Assembly (NCBI GenBank): GCA_963736005.1 | Contig: CAVTNB010000001.1 | Span: 480,001 to 544,000, forward strand | Length of the DNA stretch: 64,000 nt | Direction of reading: 5' to 3' | DNA from: an uncultured Pseudomonadota bacterium | GTDB taxonomy: Bacteria > Vulcanimicrobiota > Vulcanimicrobiia > Eremiobacterales > Eremiobacteraceae | Part shown: positions 63,201-64,000 of the stretch, one piece after another | Layout of the letters: each line of letters begins with the position of its first letter | Numbering within the stretch: position 1 is the first letter of the stretch | The notes under the pieces: generated by a model | The model's database searches: none | Told to the model about the DNA's origin: nothing | The model's input: the letters and a program-made list of their open reading frames with translations, nothing else | Made by a program: the position numbers and the translations under genes

Positions 63201-64000
63201 TTCCGATTCGGCTGACCGGCCAAGACACCGAGCGGGGAACGTTTAGCCACCGCCACTTGGTCCTTCATGATGCGAAGACCGGCGCGGCTTGGATTCCCAT
63301 GCAGCACCTCTCTTCAGCAAAGGCATCGTTTGAGATTTACAACAGCCCGCTCTCCGAGTATGCGGTTATGGGCTTTGAGTACGGATACAGCGCGGAAGCA
63401 CCGAACGCGCTCGTGTTATGGGAAGCGCAGTTCGGAGATTTCAATAATGGTGGCCAGATCATCATTGACCAATTCATGGCGGCCGGCAGAGCCAAGTGGC
63501 AGCAGACCTCTCGCCTCACCTTACTGCTTCCGCACGGTTATGAAGGCGCTGGGCCAGAACATTCAAGCGCGCGGCTCGAGCGATTTCTGCAACTGACCGC
63601 CGAAGGCAATTTCCGCATCGCCAACCCCACGACCCCGGCGCAATACTTTCACCTGCTGCGGGATCAGGCAAAAGCGCCCTCTGCTCGCCCATTGGTCGTC
63701 ATGACCCCCAAGAGCTTGCTTCGCCTGCGCGCGGCGAGTTCGCGCCTTGCAGATTTCACGGACGGCAGTTTCGCGCCAGTGCTGGACGACCCGCAAGTTC
63801 GCGACCGCGATGCCATCCGACGACTTGCGCTATGCAGCGGAAAGATTTATTACGATCTCACGTCGCATGCGAAACGCAGCGCAAATGTGGAGCTCGCCAT
63901 CGCTCGGGTAGAGCTGCTGGAGCCTTTCCCATTCGATCGCGTGCTCGAGCTCGTCGAGTCGTACCCGAACGTCCGGCAAGTGACGTGGGTTCAAGAGGAA
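60248..64000 (+). CDS. Multifunctional 2-oxoglutarate dehydrogenase: lipoyl, PSBD, succinyltransferase (E2) and E1o in one ORF; runs off window end
   Basis: Manual translation from GTG 60248: LPEMGESV...TDKVDVEVPSP, RASPSARKAA, TYDHRVIQGA, GMAHRGR, HGDAAF...NNQIGFTT, WEAQFGDF, LLLPHGYEG; frame preserved through to WVQEE at the window end. Confidence 0.93.
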   Translation, partial: MQTLVQVVLPEMGESVAEGSVTSWRKKPGDFVAAGEALVDVTTDKVDVEVPSPAAGKLVRIFADEGKTVAVGAPLAEIDTAASDGKRGATEPLTSQSPASAATEKGAIFQSPQGATLQSPATKSNNRNTLRASPSARKAAAKHGITLDRVTPAIPGETIRRSDVDRVAQGITTPIAAEGKAVRLRGAAAALADHMERSLGIPTATSFRTIAVGTLDSRRRELNAALRAAGRSEKISFTHLIAFAIVRATATVPVMASSFRRTAEGPERVERGVHLGLAVDVKRADGSRMLVVPVMRDADKLDFLNFLRAYEALVEKARGGSLGPADLSGATLTLTNPGGIGTVASVPRLMLGQGAIIAAGAIEYPAGLASLPDATLRSLGVSKVMTLTSTYDHRVIQGAESGEFLRRIDQLLAGSDDFYESIFSTLAVAAPTSSPKPESLGVPVQGSADQELTRAAAAGVALIMRYRTHGVNAAHLDPLADTSPFDPALEPASLGLDHALMLRVPASVLRVYAPGENLADVIERLRDTYCSTIAYEVEHISNHEQRSWLRQQIESGAHRLRLSRERKLELLDRLTRVESFERYLRKAFLGQKTFSIEGLDVMVPMLEEMLVMLAEEGTPEVRLGMAHRGRLAVITHVVDRPYEEVLEEFEHAQERGLVHREGDVTGDVKYHQGASGTYETPTGKKMRVVLANNPSHLEAVDSVVEGQTRAVQTDRTNPVAVVDSAKAAAILIHGDAAFDGQGIVAEVFNMQALEGYTTGGTVHVIANNQIGFTTLPPQGRSTRYASDPAKGFDVPIIHVNADDLEAAIAAVHLAVEYRRRFHRDAVIDLIGYRRFGHNEADEPAYTQPLMYERIASHPSAREIFAKRLVEEGTLSAAEIDASLQRARARVEAAHEAAKAQAVAAARDTKPRQTEHANGALVETRVPAETLRRLNAQLLEVEPGFTIHPKLARQLERRLEALGPAGEIDWGLGEAFAFASLLTEGIPIRLTGQDTERGTFSHRHLVLHDAKTGAAWIPMQHLSSAKASFEIYNSPLSEYAVMGFEYGYSAEAPNALVLWEAQFGDFNNGGQIIIDQFMAAGRAKWQQTSRLTLLLPHGYEGAGPEHSSARLERFLQLTAEGNFRIANPTTPAQYFHLLRDQAKAPSARPLVVMTPKSLLRLRAASSRLADFTDGSFAPVLDDPQVRDRDAIRRLALCSGKIYYDLTSHAKRSANVELAIARVELLEPFPFDRVLELVESYPNVRQVTWVQEE
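60563..60613 (-). repeat. Two degenerate family A REP units in frame inside the OGDH linker
   Basis: ggggcgattttccaatcacc and ggggcgactttacagtcgcccgctaca, encoding GAIFQSPQGATLQSPAT. Confidence 0.75.

Noticed and set aside
60596..63796. Long minus-strand ORFs such as 61727-62992, and similar antisense ORFs over rpoC, fusA and the MFS gene
   Set aside because: Shadow ORFs of real genes in GC-rich DNA, with no recognisable motifs

Overview
GC-rich bacterial chromosomal window, probably from a long-read or metagenomic assembly. Terrabacteria-type RNA polymerase and ribosomal genes occur together with outer-membrane functions (TonB-dependent receptor, MsbA-like exporter). This would fit Eremiobacterota/Armatimonadota, but that is inference only. 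1-17.7 kb (minus strand) holds rpoB-rpoC, the str operon (rpsL-rpsG-fusA-tuf) and the S10 operon up to the start of rpsQ. Many of these genes are frameshifted, almost certainly by consensus errors. 18-30.4 kb is a surface-glycan cluster (GT4/GT2 enzymes, two sulfotransferases, perosamine-synthase-like aminotransferase, N-acetyltransferase, FkbM methyltransferase, MsbA-like ABC transporter). 30.5-44 kb holds a highly atypical photolyase/cryptochrome, a lipoprotein cytochrome c, MFS and NTP-transferase genes, a cobalamin-riboswitch-controlled btuCDBF operon and a xanthine-oxidase-family molybdoenzyme. 44-50 kb is a putative operon: UPF0158-Fic fusion with an altered active site, RecB/AddB-type Fe-S nuclease, degenerate UvrD-like protein and TonB-C protein. 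50-64 kb holds an ECF sigma/anti-sigma pair, GGT, SEC-C protein, secreted proteins, a class A beta-lactamase-like protein, an SDR, and a 3'-truncated all-in-one lipoyl-PSBD-E2-E1 2-oxoglutarate dehydrogenase that the ORF track misses. Three GTAG-type REP-like palindrome families are scattered through the window, including inside ribosomal operons and in frame inside a protein linker. No tRNA, rRNA, CRISPR array or transposase was seen. All family assignments come from motifs read by eye; no searches were run.
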